The notes: generated from the letters alone by a model not told the origin. 64,000 bases of DNA from Selaginella moellendorffii (GCF_000143415.4 NW_003314271.1:1408092-1472091); one strand, 5' to 3'; shown: positions 36,015 through 47,984, numbered from the stretch's first letter. Translations and numbers: made by a program.

Positions 36015-36500
36015 GAATCTTAAGAATGTTTGGCTTATCCTTTCAGCCATTGTCTCTGCATTTTCTTGGATATGCCCAGACTGGGAATATGCCTGGATCA
36101 CGTAATGCGATCCTGGCGATGTTCGTCCACTCTGGGAATCTTGCTGCCGCCAAAGAGTTCTTCGATAAGATGCCCGAGGTGAGCATCTCGTCTTGGAATT
36201 CTCTCTGGACTTGGAACGCTGGAGAAATCTGAGCGCATCGTCGCTATGTTCGTTCTCGACGCAGGCACCGATCATGATGTTCCACGAGGTGGCGACATCC
36301 ACACGGCCACACTTCCCATGCATTTGAACTTGGCGTCGCGATCGCGGGTTCTAACGCCGCTGCTAGCGATTGATCGATGGATCTCTTTTCCTCTAACGAG
36401 ATCTCTCGCGGCACAGCACTCCCGCGGAGCTGCGAGTGGCGTTCCACGAAAGCTTCCAGTGACGAACAAGCGATCAAGCGTTGGATCATACAAGATAGGA
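36015..36500. pseudogene. Scrambled PPR gene fragments (copy 2)
   Basis: AILAMFVHSGNLAAAKEFFDKMP (+); MHGKCGRVDVATSWNIMIGACVENEHSDDAL (-). Confidence 0.72.
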
Positions 36501-36524
36501 TTTTACAAAGGATTTTTCTCTCTT

Positions 36525-38171
36525 TCACTGCCAGTGCCTCCTCTTCGTTCTCGTGGCGACGATCCAACACAAGCAAGCTCCAATGGCGCTGGCGGCGCTG
36601 AGAGCCGCGAATCCTCCTCGAAAGCAATGACCCCCATGGCACACCAATTCCCGGCCAGCCTCGCGATCATAGAAGTAACCCACCACCCTGGACGAGAGAA
36701 GATAATGGCCGACTGGATTCCCCACGAAGAGAGCGTTGAACACCACGCCCAGCCTCCTCTCTCCAAACATCTCGCAGGCTATGGCGGCGGTGAGCCCCCA
36801 GTTCACTCCATCGCTCGCCGCTCCCAGCACCGCCGCGAAGATCGTCGCTCCAGGGACCGGGACCGCCGCCAGCGCCGTGCCGATCGAGTTGGAGGCCATC
36901 CCCAGCGCCAGAAACGTGGATTTGGGAGTGCCAAATCGCTCCAGGCAGTAGTCCGCGGCCAGGCCGGCGGCGATCCTTGCGAAGCAGCTACTCACGCAGA
37001 AGAGAGACACGAAAACGGGGCCTATCTTCTGCGAGTAGCCGAGCGAGATCGCGAGCTGGGTGAGATTGGTGGAGACTGCATTAGCGGCGCCGAATCCAAA
37101 CACCAGCGCAACGAACAGTAGCCAGAAATCCATGCTGGTGGCGACCTGGGCAAGCGTGTGATCATCGCCAAGTCTAGGTGGTGGTGATGGTCTTCCTGTC
37201 TCGTGATCTTTGGTCGCCCCTGTTTCTAGCAGAGCCTCTGTTCTTCCAGTTGGTTCCTTCTCGTCGTGATCTAGCAGGGCCTCCCTCGCAGATCCTGCTA
37301 CCTCGCGATCTAGCACTCCCCTTCGCGATGTCAGCTGTTCCTCACGATCCAGCAAAGTTGCATTCCAATCTTTGTCTTGGAATCCCGCCACCAACGCGAT
37401 CACAGCCAGTAGCAGCAGCAAGAGCACGATGATCGAGCAGACCATCACCTGTGTAGCACGAGTGAATCTCATGAACACCTCAAGAACACTCACGACCAGG
37501 AGCCACGCTGCTAGAGCCGCCAGGCTTCCGGACATGCCGTACATGACACCGTACGACGCCGGCGGAGACCTCGCCGTACGAGAGATGGGCCTCGCCGCGA
37601 GAGCCAATGGAAGCATGAGAGGGATCATCCACGAGAGCATCAACGGGAGCCCATCGCCGCTACCACCGCCGCCACTAATCGCGTAGAACGCCTGGAGGAA
37701 GATCGATCCGCCCAACACATGGTAGCCCTTGACCAATCCCAGCACCACGCCCGTGTCGCGGCAGAAATTCCTGGCGCTCGCCAGCACCACCGGCGTCTGG
37801 ACCGACGCCTGGGAGATCCCAATCAGGAGCTCGTAGAGACAGAGCTGCCACACCGCGGCGCCATGAATCCGGTGCGTGATGGTGAGCCAGATCATGAGGA
37901 GCGCCACGCTCTGGCCGGCAGCTCCGGCGGCGAGCAGCAGCCATGGCGGGACTAGGGCGTAGAGAAGTCCTGGGATGATCCCGAGCGCGCTGCCGACGCC
38001 CGAGAACGTGACGATCGCCGTCAGGGTCTTTTGATCCAGTGCCATGGCGATCTTCATCGCCTGGGAGTAGCCGCTGAAAGTGTAGATCGAGGAATTCAAC
38101 GCCATGATCCAGCAGCTGGCCGCCAGCGCGATCCATCGGCTGTTCCTGAGATCCCGGAGCCCGTATTCCAT
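36525..38171 (-). CDS. Nodulin-like / NFD4-like MFS transporter (B, copy 2)
   Basis: 548 aa, near-identical to 14399-16045. Confidence 0.92.
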   Translation of the reverse strand: MEYGLRDLRNSRWIALAASCWIMALNSSIYTFSGYSQAMKIAMALDQKTLTAIVTFSGVGSALGIIPGLLYALVPPWLLLAAGAAGQSVALLMIWLTITHRIHGAAVWQLCLYELLIGISQASVQTPVVLASARNFCRDTGVVLGLVKGYHVLGGSIFLQAFYAISGGGGSGDGLPLMLSWMIPLMLPLALAARPISRTARSPPASYGVMYGMSGSLAALAAWLLVVSVLEVFMRFTRATQVMVCSIIVLLLLLLAVIALVAGFQDKDWNATLLDREEQLTSRRGVLDREVAGSAREALLDHDEKEPTGRTEALLETGATKDHETGRPSPPPRLGDDHTLAQVATSMDFWLLFVALVFGFGAANAVSTNLTQLAISLGYSQKIGPVFVSLFCVSSCFARIAAGLAADYCLERFGTPKSTFLALGMASNSIGTALAAVPVPGATIFAAVLGAASDGVNWGLTAAIACEMFGERRLGVVFNALFVGNPVGHYLLSSRVVGYFYDREAGRELVCHGGHCFRGGFAALSAASAIGACLCWIVATRTKRRHWQ

Positions 38172-38214
38172 CGCAAATAACTCCTATCGATCAGCTCATC
38201 TGTCACGATCGCTG

Positions 38215-39765
38215 CTACAATGCTCGCGAGGAAGAAGACGAACAGGCGTGGATCCCGTGGTAGAATCCCTTGTTCCTCCTTGCGAGGGCCGCGAATCCCA
38301 CACCAGCAATGGCGCAGCAAATCGCCACGGCCAGGAACGATGATCCGAAGCACCGCGATCCCACGCACAGCAATCCCTGCTCGTTCTGGGCATCGTAGAT
38401 CGATCCCACCAGCAGCACCGAGAGGAGGAGCGCGCCGATCGGGCACGCGAAGGTGATGATGTTGAGAATGGAGCTGAAGCTCGCGAGGCCGAAGAGATCC
38501 GAGGCGGTGGCGATGGCGAGGCACCAGAACGCGCCATCCGCGATGCCCGAGAGGATCGCCACGAAGAAGAGAGCGCCGTGGACGGCAATGCTGCCCAGGA
38601 GCAAGCTTGCTACCTGGATCGCGGCTGTGAGGATCAAGAACACTGGCCTTGGCGTGGCATAAACCCTAAGAGCGTGCTCCGAGAGAATGCCCGAGCCGAG
38701 CCTTCCAACGCAGCTGCCGATCGAGAAGAGGGAGACGCAAATGGTGATCGTTCGCGAGGAGTAGCCGAGGGAGTGGCCGAATTGCGAGAGATTGCTGGTC
38801 ACCACGCTCGTGGAGCCGGTGCCGAGAAGAACTCCCAGGAAGAGCAGCCAGAAATCCAGCGTTGCAATCGCCTCGAGCGTCGTGAATTCGCCCCCAATCT
38901 GCCCGTGGATCGCGAATCCTTGCTCTTGGATCACGGAGGATTCTTCGCTGGATTCTAGAATTCTTGGCAGCAAACCCTCGATTTTGGATTCGCGCTCCTC
39001 GTTCTTTCGATCGGGCTTGACGAGCACGTAGATCGGTGAGAGGAGTATGAGACACATTCCAAGATTGACGAGCACGATCTGGATCCGGTCGAGCGTGATG
39101 ACACTCTCGACGATCACGGCCGCGAGCAAGAAGGCTGCGAGGAAGATCAAGCTCGCCGCGAGAAGCATTGACTTCCAAGAAATCGAGGATGGGGCCTGGA
39201 AAGGGGCAGGGATTTTGCGAGAGATGGCGAGGATTGGGAGCGCGGAGAGGAGTGGCAGCAGCCACGCGAGCATCAGAGGCATGCATTCTTCGCGGCCATG
39301 GCAGACGAGAAGGAAGAACTGGACCAAGATCGAGGCGCTCAATCCGACGAGGCCCTTGAGGTAGCCAAGAACGAACCCTCGCGCGCCGGGGAAGATCCTC
39401 ACGCCGCTCACGAGCGCGGCCGTCTGGATGTACGTCTGCGCGAATCCGACGAGCAATTGGAAGAGGGAAAGGTGCCAGAGGGAGAAGAGAGAGGGATTCT
39501 TGATCGCGAGCCAGATGAGGAAGTAGCCGCAGCTGCTGTGAGCAATTCCCAGGCCGACGATCGCCGGCGGAGGAATGCGATCGTAGAGAAGCGCCGGGCC
39601 GATTCCACTGGAGCTTCCCAGGGTATTGAAGAATGCGAGCGTGTCGAGGCTCTTTTGATCGAGCGCGAGCGCGAGTTTGAGCGCCTGGGAGTAGGATCCG
39701 AAGAGATAGGAGGAGCCATTGAGAGATTGGAGCCATCCAGTGGCAATGAGACCCAGCCACGCCAT
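38215..39765 (-). CDS. Nodulin-like / NFD4-like MFS transporter (A, copy 2)
   Basis: 516 aa intronless ORF with family motifs. Confidence 0.92.
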   Translation of the reverse strand: MAWLGLIATGWLQSLNGSSYLFGSYSQALKLALALDQKSLDTLAFFNTLGSSSGIGPALLYDRIPPPAIVGLGIAHSSCGYFLIWLAIKNPSLFSLWHLSLFQLLVGFAQTYIQTAALVSGVRIFPGARGFVLGYLKGLVGLSASILVQFFLLVCHGREECMPLMLAWLLPLLSALPILAISRKIPAPFQAPSSISWKSMLLAASLIFLAAFLLAAVIVESVITLDRIQIVLVNLGMCLILLSPIYVLVKPDRKNEERESKIEGLLPRILESSEESSVIQEQGFAIHGQIGGEFTTLEAIATLDFWLLFLGVLLGTGSTSVVTSNLSQFGHSLGYSSRTITICVSLFSIGSCVGRLGSGILSEHALRVYATPRPVFLILTAAIQVASLLLGSIAVHGALFFVAILSGIADGAFWCLAIATASDLFGLASFSSILNIITFACPIGALLLSVLLVGSIYDAQNEQGLLCVGSRCFGSSFLAVAICCAIAGVGFAALARRNKGFYHGIHACSSSSSRAL

Positions 39766-39824
39766 TTGGAGCCAAGAACCCTAGTTTTGAAGAACCCTAA
39801 AATAATCTCTCGCTCGCCATCGCC

Positions 39825-42141
39825 ATGGCGGCAGTGGAGGATCGTGTCGAGGCGGAGATTGTCGAGGAGAATTCTGCGAATGGAGCTGAGGGATTGATTG
39901 CCAAGGGCGTGGCGCCTGTGAAGAAGGAATTTCTGGTCTCGGCACAGGTGCGTTCTACCATTTCGGACAAGGACGCCGCCAAGATTTCCAGCGAGAAGAA
40001 GTCCAAGCGGAAGATAAGAAAAGAGCGAAAGCAGGTGCGATGTCTTCGTGTTCCTCGTATCTCTGATCGCCATTGTGTTGTGTCTGTGCTCTATCCAGGC
40101 TAGAAAGCTCGAGGTGTGCAATGCCGTGGTTAGAGCTGGTGATCCAAATGCCTGTCCATTTGGGGAGAACTGTAGGTTTAGCCACGACTTGGAAGGCTAC
40201 TTGGCACAGGTACGTCAATTGTGATTCGTTTCTTTGTTTCTCATGTCTTAGATTTTTGTTTAGAAACCGGAAGATCTTCCTGGAGTTTGCCCGTCAGTGA
40301 ACTTGAATGTGCCTTGTCCTTATGGAGTAAGGTGTCGATTCTACGGAACTCACACAAAACAAGATCTGCCGAAGGAAAACCCCGAGGGTGCTATGGATGG
40401 AGACGAGGAAACATCGGGCGCTGGCGAGATCAATGTTCTTCGAAAGGATTTTCAGAAGTCACTCTGGAAGAAACTTGAGAGCTTTCCTAAAGCTGATGGC
40501 CAGCTACAAGCGATGGGTCTCAAAGTGAGTTTCTTCGTTTTCTATCTGCCGCGCTCAAAGTTTTTCTTCTTTCTGAACAGAACAAGGTTTATGGACCTAA
40601 GAAGGGTGCTACAACGGAAGGAGAAAATGGTGGAGCTGAAACGCATGACGAGAACAATGACGTATCGGATGACGCAGTTCCGCCTTTGAAGAAACCAAAG
40701 CTTGTGGATCCTGTGGATGATGCTAAAGAACAAGGAGATGACTGCAAGCTAAACAGCAGGGAGAAGAAGAAAATCGACTTGAAAGGCAAGCTTTATCTTG
40801 CGCCTCTGACGACAGTCGGGAATCTTCCGTTTCGGAGGCTGTGTAAGAAGCTCGGGGCCGACGTTACCTGTGGAGAGATGGCGATGTGTACAAACCTTCT
40901 TCAGGTAATTTTGATGTGTCTTGAACTTGCTAAAGCTAAGTTGTTCAGGGCCACGCATCCGAGTGGGCTCTTTTGAGGCGCCACCCTGTTGAAGACTGTT
41001 TTGGCGTCCAGATTTGTGGCTCTTATGCTGATTCTCTGACGAAGACGGTCGAGCTGATCGAAAGAGAATGCACTGTTGACTTCATCGACATAAACCTTGG
41101 CTGTCCCATAGATATCGTCGTCAAGAAAGGAGCTGGGTCCTGCCTTCTCACAAAGCCGACCAGGCTGGAGCAGATTGTGAGAGCTACTGCGTCGATCGTG
41201 GAAAAGCCTTTGACACTCAAGGTAATCTTTTTTTCGGTTTGTCTTTCCGCCTTTGAGCGTTGATCGCTTTCCATTCTTGCAGATGCGTACAGGCTATTTC
41301 GAGGGAAAGAATTGTGCTCACTCGATGATCTCTGAGTTGAGCAACTGGGGGGTCTCGGCAGTCACGGTTCACGGGAGAACTCGACAGCAGCGTTACAGCA
41401 AGCTCGCGGACTGGGTGTATATCTACGACTGTGCAAAGCGTGCCCCTGATGACTTGCAAGTTCTCGGCAATGGCGACATTTTCTCGTATAGCGACTGGAA
41501 CGAGCACATGTTACCCGACTTAAACCTCTCGTCGTGTATGCTTGCGAGAGGAGCGCTGATCAAGGTACGCAAACTGATCAAGTAAGCGTCTTCGAATTTC
41601 GAATTTTTTTTGCATTGCAGCCGTGGCTTTTGACGGAGATTAAGGAACAAAGGCACTGGGATATCAGTTCCAACGAAAGGCTCGATCTGTTGCGTGATTA
41701 TACGCAATTTGGATTGGAACACTGGGGCTCTGACTCCAAAGGTATGTGTTCTTGGTTTCATCAGCTACAGCGAAGTTAAACGCGTTCTTCAGGCGTGGAA
41801 ACGACTCGAAAGTTTCTTTTGGAGTGGCTGAGCTACTTACACAGATACATACCGGTGGGACTCCTGGAAGTTATCCCACAAAGGCTAAACTGGCGACCTC
41901 CGCGCTACGTTGGTCGAAACGATCTCGAGACGCTCATGGCATCGGACAGTGCTGCAGACTGGGTACGCAAAGCTCATACTTGATCTCTTTTCTTCGCAAA
42001 AATCATATTTGCTTTGATCGATCTCTTTTCTTTCTTTCGCAGGTCCGCATTAGCGAGATGCTCCTTGGTCCCGCTCCAGAGGGATTCGTCTTCACTCCCA
42101 AGCACAAGTCGAGTGCTTACGACAAGGCCGAGAATGGTTAA
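39825..42141 (+). CDS. DUS3L: tRNA-dihydrouridine(47) synthase, 9 exons
   Basis: CCCH fingers ([25 protein letters not shown]), [54 protein letters not shown]. Confidence 0.96.
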
Positions 42142-42344
42142 GCCGATCTCGCTGAATTTTTTTTGACGAGACAAAAAGATACCTTTTTGTTCTTGCGAGT
42201 TAGGAGGAACTTCAAACTGCTGAGAAACTTTTTCGTTCTTTCTTGCGAAGAGCTAGGAGGAACTTAAGAGGTAAAACTTCCGTTTAGAACGCTTGCAATA
42301 CACAAAAACAAAAGGGGTGAATTCTTCTTCCTTGCATCGATGAA

Positions 42345-42790
42345 TCAGTCCTCCTCGTCGGCCGCGTTCTCGGCGATGTTGAAGTATCGGAGCTCGTAGA
42401 CGCTGCGGTCAGTGTTGGACGCGATCACTCGCAGCCAATCCCTCACGTTGTGCTTCTTGAGGTATTTCTTGGTCAAGTACTTCAAGTACCTGGCACAAAA
42501 CCCATTGAGATCTTCTTCGTAGCAGAGAAAAAGAGAGAATTTGATAACCTCTTGGAGAATGCATTCTCGGATGTGACGCTGATCTTGTTGCGCTCCCTGG
42601 TGATGGTCACAGTATCGCCCAGGACACCCGTCTTGCCCCCTACCTTGATCCGGTCCTGGAGGAACTTCTCGAAAGAGGCGATCTCCATGATCTTGTCCTC
42701 CACGGGCTTGCCGCAGTCGATCGTGAAGGTCGCCTTCTTCTTCCCCTTGGATGTCGCTCCCGCCGCGCCCTTCTTCGTCGCAGGCGCCAT
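42345..42790 (-). CDS. RPL22: 60S ribosomal protein L22 (eL22), one intron (~42490-42548)
   Basis: [36 protein letters not shown]|[24 protein letters not shown]. Confidence 0.97.
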
Positions 42791-42959
42791 CGCTACACGC
42801 ACAACCACAGCCGCCGTAAAGCCCTAGCCCTAAATCTCGGAAAACCTAAAGGTGGTGCCCTAAAAGTCAAAGTAAAATGCGCGAAAAAGTAATAAGAAGA
42901 TCTGACGTGTCTTCCCACGCAAGCATTGAGAATTAGGGTTCTTGCGAGTGAGCTAGGCG

Positions 42960-43707
42960 ATGGATCTCGCGAAGACGAGAGGGCGGGTCGTGACGCTCAT
43001 CACGGCCTTCATCGTTCTCACGTTCCTTGGTAATCCCCATCTCACATTGCACGAATTTCTTAGGCGGACGACTGATTGGTCGTTTTTTTTCTTCTACAGC
43101 CGAGAAATCCCGGCAGATTGTCGGTGAGGAGCGATCGTCGCAATCCGGGAAGTTCTCCTGGATGGACTGCTTCGATCTAGGCAGCGGCACGCTGGCGTGC
43201 TCGATCAAGGAGGGCGTCAAGCTCTACACGTACAACATCCGCTCCGGGATCGTGGAGAAATCCCGGCACAAGGCCTACGAGATCGCCCTCGAGGACGCAC
43301 TCCACGAGGGCCTGTCGATCCAGGAGGCGTCCAGGGCGGCGGCGGTGGCCGGGAAGAAGGCCGCGAAGATTTCCTCGCGCAAGGCGAGGAGGATCACGGG
43401 GCCGGTCATAGCGGCGGCGTGGGATTTCTTCGAGGCGATCTACTACGGCGGAGGGCCGATCGAGGCGACGATGCGCGGCGCTGGGACGATGTGTGGGGCG
43501 TGGATGGGAGGGATCGAGGGGGAGAGGAAGCTCGGGCGGATCGGCTATCTCATTGGCAGCCATCTGGGGAATTGGATCGGCGGGAGAGTTGGATTGATGC
43601 TCTATGACATTGGCAACGCTGCGTGGTTTCTCAAGGAGCAAGCCACTGCGATGCTTGGTGGAGGGATCACGGTAGAGGAGGAGAGTGCCGTGGAAGTGGA
43701 GCTGTGA
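42960..43707 (+). CDS. Conserved plant protein of unknown function with N-terminal signal/TM segment and glycine-rich C-terminus
   Basis: Exon 1 42960-43029 (MDLAKTRGRVVTLITAFIVLTFL) splices in frame to 43100-43707 (CFDLGSGTLACSIKEGVKLY). Confidence 0.8.
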
Positions 43708-43848
43708 CGATGATCCACGAATCTAGGTAGCGTTTTCGCGTGATCGATCGGGAGTGCCACCGATCGAGAGAAAGAGGAAAGAGCGATTTGGATGATTGTT
43801 TATAAAGTGTTTTATAGTGGAGACGTTGATTACCTACAGGACGATGCG

Positions 43849-44750
43849 ATGGGCTCTCTTCGATCGTGCGCGCTCGCGGTGGTGGATGGAAGCCGGGATT
43901 TCAAGCATGGAGGAGCTAGCGCTGGCGGCGCCGCTGCGAGGCGAGTGATGATCGGCGGGATTGCGAGGAGGAATGGAGCTTCTTCGTCGGCTAGGGTTGT
44001 GGCTATGGCGGGCGTGGTCGTGGCGGAGCCAGTGCTGTGCATTGGCAGAACGCTTGTCTTCTACGCGTTCTTGCAGCTCGGGCTTGCGGGACGGGCAGCC
44101 TCCGGTAAGATCAATGCGGCATTGCGGCAGCTCGATCGAGAAATACCCTGATCGACTGATTGTCACAGACGAGGAGAATGGATGGGAAGCGTGGCTCCAG
44201 CGCGTTCTTTTTGGAACTTCAGGTATACATTTCTTTGATTTCCCTCTCTTGGGAGATTTTAGGGTTCTTCCTCCGGTGCCAGGGAAGCGGAAGAACGAGA
44301 GGAACGAGCAAGTGAGATTCCGGACGAAGTGGCACGCCAGCACCAAGGGCACTCTCGTCCGGCGCTACCGCGTCCCCACCGTCTCGCAGGGCCGGAAGCT
44401 CCTCACGGCCATCTCCTCCCTGCTCTCCAGCGACGATTCCTTCCGCGATGCGAGCTCCCACAAGGTACTGCCATCGTTCTTTCGTTCTCCCGCTCGATAT
44501 TTTGATCGATTTCGATCGAAATATCGCTGAATCGCGCTGTGTTCTTCGCTAGGGATGCCAGATCCGCCGGGAGAATGCGCACGCCGAGTCCGTGTGCTGC
44601 CACAATGTGAGGGCTCTCCTGGACCAGCTCCCGACGCCGCATCTGGTGGTGGAAATCACGGCATTCCCTCCGGCTCCAACGATCACCGAGATCCAGTACG
44701 CCAAGGCCGAGAAGATCGAGCAGGTTCTCAGGAAGGGCGTCTCGATCTGA
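43849..44750 (+). CDS. Conserved plant protein of unknown function, possible plastid transit peptide, 3 exons
   Basis: Spliced frame ..RRYRVPTVSQGRKLLTAISSLLSSDDSFRDASSHK|GCQIRRENAHAESVCCHNVRALLDQLPTPHLVVEIT.. Confidence 0.75.
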
Positions 44751-45374
44751 CGAACGAGGGAATGTAAACCTAGCGCGCGGTATATTCGCGTGCTCGAGTG
44801 GTGGCATATTCGCGTGACCGCCGTACTCCACAATGTCAGTACTGTTCCTTTTACCTTTTTTTTTCTGCTCTCTGTGTTGTATTAATGTGCGGACATTTTC
44901 TTTTGGCAACGCAGCAACAGTTTCGATCGATCGATGCGAGATTCGTCCTGCGGTAGAGCCCCACGAGGATAAGAAGGAAGGACACTTTTTTCTCTTTAAA
45001 AGATCTTTTTTCTACTGAGGAACAGCTAGGCTCTGGGCTCAGGTAATGGTTTTCATTTGTCTCGCGATTGGTGCGAAGGAATGTGATGTTGCTGTGTTGT
45101 AGGTGGGGGAAGTGAGCGAGAAATCGGGAGAGTGGGGCGGCTCATTTAATCCACTGGAGCGTCTCTCTGACTTGGGTCTTTGCTGGATTTGCGACCCACG
45201 ATGGATTTTTGGAGCTGTTGGATTTGAGCTGCTGCTGCTGTCTCGATCCGTGGCTGGTAAGACTGAGGCTCAGATTTTTCTTTTCTGCTGGACGAACTTT
45301 GGAGCAACGTTGTTGTTGTTTTGCAGCCAGGCTAGAATCCGCCCCTCTTGGAGAAGCTGTTGTGTCTGGATGCG

Positions 45375-47663
45375 ATGGAGAGCGTCAAGGCTGGCGAGAG
45401 CTACGACTCCGACGAGTGGAGCAGCAGCCACGGGGAGGAGGAGGATCACCAGTCTGTTGGAATCAAGTGCGACAATGGGTGGGACGAAGAAGAGGCTGAA
45501 AAATCAGAATGCACGTCCCAGTCTTCGTGGGACGAGGAAGAAGACGAGCAGGACGAGGTGCAGAGCTTCTTGGAAGAGACTCCAGAGTTCCGTGCTAAAG
45601 TTCAGTACCAAGTCAGGGTGGTGGCTCTTATCCCCGGATTCGAGAACTCGGGTCGCAAGGTCTCTACGTTTCCACACTTTTACAAGCTTCGTTTTGGGAA
45701 GAGTTTGCTGGAGAAGACTGGATTCAGCTCTGCTGATCTCCTGTGCAAGTCGATGCCGCACGTAATCCAGCGACAGGCTCTGGACGAGCACGGCCAAGTT
45801 CTGTTGGTGGAATCGCCCAAGAACACGAGGATTGTTGCTGGTATAAGGTCGGGGCTGAGGAGGATTGTGTTCCACGTACTGAGGCAGTATCCCAAAGGGG
45901 TGAGCGCTGGCATTCTCGACGAGGAATGCTCCAAGTTGCTGGCCCGGCCTCTTTCCGTTGTTCTGAGCGAGCTCACATATGACACTCCCAACGTAGAGTG
46001 CATGGTGCGAGACATGGCAGACATTGCCAGCTTCAGGCAGCTTTCTACTCCAGGAGGATCAAGAGTCTTTCTGTCGAGCGAGGCTGAAGATCCCACGCTT
46101 ACCGACGGGATTTTAGTCGGCGTTCCCCGGTTGCATCACTCGAGTAAGTTTCAGCTCTTTGTGTGTTCTGCCAACTTAGCTTTGAAATGTTTAGGCAAGG
46201 AGAATGGCGATTCGCATGTCAATGAAGCTGTCGCTGAGATAAACGACATTTTGCAAGCAAGGTTCAAGATGATCGTTTTGCTGGCACTCCATAGTCGGGG
46301 CTTGGAGATAAACAGGTTGCAAAAGACCTTCGCAGAGCTGTACACAGAAAATCTCGACTGTAGAGTTCTGGGATTCAGCCACATCGAGGAGTTGCTTGGT
46401 GCTTGGACGGATATCGCGCTCGTGCAAGAAGAGACACGCAAGGTTTTTCTACGTCCGTCAGAGAAGAACAGCCGGCTGCTAAAGACTTTGAGCTCCGGGC
46501 TCCGTTTGGCCGTCTTCTCAACGTTGCTGAAATGCTATCCTGATGGTCTGGAGCCGGCACAGGTGGTAAGCCACCTCCAGCAGTCTCAGATTTTGGAAGC
46601 GTATGGAGAAGAGCTGGAGCTGCATCAGTTTTGTTTTGTGGTCGACGACATGATGGACTTCATTAGATTTGGCTCTCGGGAGGACGGGACTCTCGTTCTC
46701 AAGCTCAGAGATTCCAGCTTCCCTGTGGTGGAACTTCCAGAGTGCAGCCAAGCCGATGACGAGATTGCAAAGCTTTGCTTGGAAGGAGAGGAGAGCGCCG
46801 CCAGTCCTAAGGTGGTGCAACTTGCGGCCTTGTACCCTCCAGTGGTGGAAGTGGAAAATGACGACGATAATGGTGACGGGGAAATGGAGACTAGCGGTGA
46901 AGCTCTGGAGCAGCAGCTTCGACTCATTCTCGGATCCCCAGCTCACGCCGAAAGCGGTTTGCTGTTACCAGATCTCGTCTCAGTCTACAAGGAAAGAAGC
47001 GGACGATCTCTCAACGCAACTCAGGTGAAGAGCTTCGCCTCTAGAACGCCGGGCCTGCTGCGGATGAGCAACGATCGCGTGTGGCTCATCGACAGCCCGA
47101 GAAACTCGAGGATCGTGTGGGTGACAAGAGCAGGATTAAGGCAGGTTCTCTACTGGGCGCTGGTGAAGAATCCCGGTGGCGTTTGGAGCGAGCTGCTGGA
47201 AGGCTGGTTCACGGATTTCACAGGCTACAGTCTGGAAGCTATTCTTCGCAGGCACGGGTACCGAGCGTCCAGCAAAGAGCCACTTCTGCCGGTTTGCGAG
47301 TTCCTGCACGACATGGGCGATCTTTGCAAGGGCCACAGCAACAGGACGGTGGAGTTTTTCACCCTGGCTGGCGGACGTGTGGAGGATCCGGTGGAGAGCG
47401 ATAGCAGGTTCTTGGGATTGAGCTCCGGAGAGATCGAGTACAATCCAGTGAAGCTGTGCTTGGAGCTTGACAAGGCGGTGCGTGGCCGACTTGGTGCCGG
47501 AGAGAAAGAGGAAGACGGACAACACAGCGAGATTTCCATGGAGCAAGAGCCATTCCCGGAAGAAAGCGAAGAAGAAGAAGAGGAAGAAGAAGAGGCGGAG
47601 GAGAAGAGTAATGGGTATGATCCTCCCAAGGCTTACGCAACGCCTCTTGTTGTGCCATCGTAG
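45375..47663 (+). CDS. Multi-LOTUS/OST-HTH-like repeat protein with acidic termini
   Basis: Long single ORF; GLEINRLQKTFAELYTENLDCRVLGFSHIEELL and similar units; three internal repeats of S..N(T/S)R......GLR..V...L...P.G; start uncertain. Confidence 0.7.
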   Translation: MESVKAGESYDSDEWSSSHGEEEDHQSVGIKCDNGWDEEEAEKSECTSQSSWDEEEDEQDEVQSFLEETPEFRAKVQYQVRVVALIPGFENSGRKVSTFPHFYKLRFGKSLLEKTGFSSADLLCKSMPHVIQRQALDEHGQVLLVESPKNTRIVAGIRSGLRRIVFHVLRQYPKGVSAGILDEECSKLLARPLSVVLSELTYDTPNVECMVRDMADIASFRQLSTPGGSRVFLSSEAEDPTLTDGILVGVPRLHHSSKFQLFVCSANLALKCLGKENGDSHVNEAVAEINDILQARFKMIVLLALHSRGLEINRLQKTFAELYTENLDCRVLGFSHIEELLGAWTDIALVQEETRKVFLRPSEKNSRLLKTLSSGLRLAVFSTLLKCYPDGLEPAQVVSHLQQSQILEAYGEELELHQFCFVVDDMMDFIRFGSREDGTLVLKLRDSSFPVVELPECSQADDEIAKLCLEGEESAASPKVVQLAALYPPVVEVENDDDNGDGEMETSGEALEQQLRLILGSPAHAESGLLLPDLVSVYKERSGRSLNATQVKSFASRTPGLLRMSNDRVWLIDSPRNSRIVWVTRAGLRQVLYWALVKNPGGVWSELLEGWFTDFTGYSLEAILRRHGYRASSKEPLLPVCEFLHDMGDLCKGHSNRTVEFFTLAGGRVEDPVESDSRFLGLSSGEIEYNPVKLCLELDKAVRGRLGAGEKEEDGQHSEISMEQEPFPEESEEEEEEEEEAEEKSNGYDPPKAYATPLVVPS

Positions 47664-47984
47664 CAGCCACATTGGGAGTTTTCTCTTCTGGTTCTGTGGA
47701 TATCTTCTGTCAAGCGATGGAAGATGTTCATCGCAAGCGCCTAAAAAATAATCACTTACCAAGTGAAAGAACTCTAAATGCTGCAATGGCTACGACGCTT
47801 TCTATGGACGCCAAGGCTCGTGTTCCACTTACAAGTATTTTTTTATCGATGGAGTTCTATGATCTCTTTCAACTCTACACATGCGTTTATATAGAATACG
47901 AGAGAAGCAAATCCAAAAGATGAGGAAGCGCGTGGAGGAGGTGCAAATTGGTATGAGTATCACGTAATCATTAAAATATGTAAT

